From: Malacoraja senta
Lineage: Eukaryota
Direction: 5' to 3'
Length of the DNA stretch: 64,000 bases
Assembly (NCBI GenBank): GCA_038087875.1
Contig: JAXLNO010000110.1
Location: 496,001 to 560,000 of the forward strand
How positions within the stretch are numbered: position 1 is the stretch's first letter; each line of letters begins with the position of its first letter. The position numbers and the translations under genes were made by a program. Positions 61,801-64,000 of this stretch are shown piece by piece. The notes under the pieces are model-generated. The model had not been told where the DNA came from. It saw nothing but the letters and a program-made list of their open reading frames with translations, and ran no database searches.

Positions 61801-64000
61801 TTCCTTAATTAACTACTTTATTAGTAAATAATTCCTCCCTTCGGTGGCTAATTAGTAAATTACCTGAACCTGGGATTTAGCGCTCTTTTTAAACTGTCTT
61901 TCCCTGTGACTCACCATCTTTCTCATGGACTTTCAAGCCAATAGTCTCTTTCAGCATCTGCAGACAATGGCGGCTTGCGCTTCTTGTGCTTCTTGTGCGT
62001 AGTGGTGGAAGGATTTGGTGGAAACAGGGCCGCGACGTGAACGCTCTTTCCTTGACCCCTGGGGAGACCTGATGGAACGTTTAAGAAACATTTGGACAGG
62101 TCCATGGATAAGAAAGGTTTCGAGGGATAGTCTAGATGGGGCAGGTTGGTCGGCATGGACAAGTTGGGCTGAAGGGCCAGTTTACACACTGTATAACTTT
62201 ATAAAAGAGGAAGCAAAAGATGGATTATCATTTAAACAGAGAGTGACTGCAAATGAGTGAATGGCAGAGGGAATCTAGAGCGAAAATAAAGTACTGGTGT
62301 AAACCAGCATCTGCAGTTCCTTCTTACATAAACTGAAAACTCTCAGACATTCTCAGCATCAACACATTCAGAAGTGTCAGTAGTGTTTGTGCTTATATTT
62401 AAACAAAACTCCACTTGCCACTCATGTGGCTCCATGGGTTGTTATCCCTTCCCTTGCTAATTGTGAATGAGGATCCATAGGAGGTTTACTAGAATGATCT
62501 CAGGAATTATTGGGTTAACATACGTGGACATTTGACGGCATTGGGCCTGTACTCACAAGATGGCCACCGTGCCATCATATGATTAGAGAAGCAAAATCCA
62601 TATATCTCATATCGAGGTGTATAAAATCATGAGAGGTGTAGATCGGGTAGACGCACAGTCTCTTTCCCAGAGTAGGGGAATCAATAACCAGATTAGGTTT
62701 AAGGTGAACTGGGAAAGATTTTAAAGGAATCTGAGGGGTAACTTTTTCACACGTAGGATGGTGGGTGTATGGAACGAGCTGCTGGAAGAGGTAGTTGAGG
62801 CAGGGACTATTGCGACGTTAGACAGGTACACGGATTGGAGGGGATTGGAGGGATATGGGCCAAACACAGGCAAGTGGGACTAGTGTAGAGGGATATGGGC
62901 CAAGTGTAGAGGGATATGGGCCAAACACAGGCAAGTGGGATTAGTGTAGATTTAGTTTAGTTTAGAGATACAGCTCAGAAACAGACCCTTCGGCCCACCG
63001 GGTCCGCGCCGACCAGCGATCCCCGCACATTAACACTACCCTACACACACTAGGGACAATTTTACACTGATACCAAGCCAATTAACCTACAAACCTGTAC
63101 GTCTTTGGAGTGTCGGAGGAAACCAAAGATCTCTGAGAAAACCCACGCAGGTCACGGGGAGAAAGTACAAACTCCATACAGACAGCACCTAGAGTTGATA
63201 TCAAACCCGGGTCTGAGGCCCTGCAAGCACTGTAAGGCAGCAACTCTACCACTGCGCGACTGTGCCGCCCTTTGGATTTGCACTGGAGTTCAGAAGGATG
63301 ATGGGGGATCTCATTGAAACTTACCAAATAGTGAAAGGCTTGGATAGAGTGGATGTGGAGAGAATGTTTCCACTAGTGGGAGAGTCTAGAACCAGAGGCC
63401 ACAGCCTCAGAATTAAAGGACGCACCTTCAGAATGGAGATGAGGAGGAATTTCTTTAGCCAGAGGGTGGTGAATCTGTGGGGTTCATTGCCACAGACGGC
63501 TGTGGCGACCAAGTCACATCGTCACATCATGTTTTGAGATTGCTGAGATTGACTAGTACGGGTTTCAGGAGTTATGGGGAGAAGGCAGGAGAATAAGGTT
63601 AGGAGGGAGAGATAGATCAGCCACAATTGAATGGCGGAGGAGACTTGATGGGCCGAATTCTGCTCCTATTACTTATGACCTTATGCCCTTGTTTGAGGGC
63701 TATCTTCCAACTAAACTACATGTGTAAGAAGGAGGAATTGGTAGGACTGGTAGGTCTGATGAAGGGTCTCGACTTAGATTTAGCTCTTAGGGCTAAAGGA
63801 ATCAAGTGATATGGGGACAAAGCAGGAATGGGTTACTGATTTTGGATGATCAGCCATGATCATATATGAATGGCCGTGCTGGCTCGAAGGGCCTACTCCT
63901 GCACCTATTTTTTTCTATGTTTCTATGACAGAAACACACCTATTCCTTTTTGTGCCGTTCACTCTCAGCAGGAGCAGACCCGGGGATCATGGCCTCCGAC

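Noticed and set aside
61181..61831. 216-aa and 198-aa + strand ORFs with 12-aa repeats
   Set aside because: Antisense to CR1 ORF1 and its 36-bp UTR repeat.

Overview
Vertebrate genomic DNA, most likely a cartilaginous fish (skate/ray/shark). This is inferred from the repeat set: HE1-like V-SINEs, CR1, Rex1/Babar and abundant Penelope-like elements. The only host coding gene is the 5' part of an IQGAP, best matching IQGAP3, on the minus strand. It has 7 exons in consistent reading phase (56182->12816, 212 codons, calponin-homology region); exon 8 onward was not found and presumably lies beyond base 1. Its start sits in a CpG-rich promoter (about 56280-56640) carrying E2F, CHR, three ZNF143-type, CCAAT, GC-box and RFX X-box motifs, plus a candidate divergent first exon on the + strand. 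The rest is a dense nest of transposons. These include a nearly intact Penelope-like element and roughly 25-30 short Penelope terminal-repeat units with a minimal hammerhead-ribozyme-like core. There are also two non-autonomous LTR elements with unusually long tRNA 3'-end copies at the primer site, a non-autonomous Helitron, a Tc1 element with a nested hAT MITE, CR1/Rex1/Vingi LINE pieces, and a GC-rich non-autonomous retroposon family. A 200-N assembly gap lies at 13281-13480. All calls were made by eye; no searches were run.
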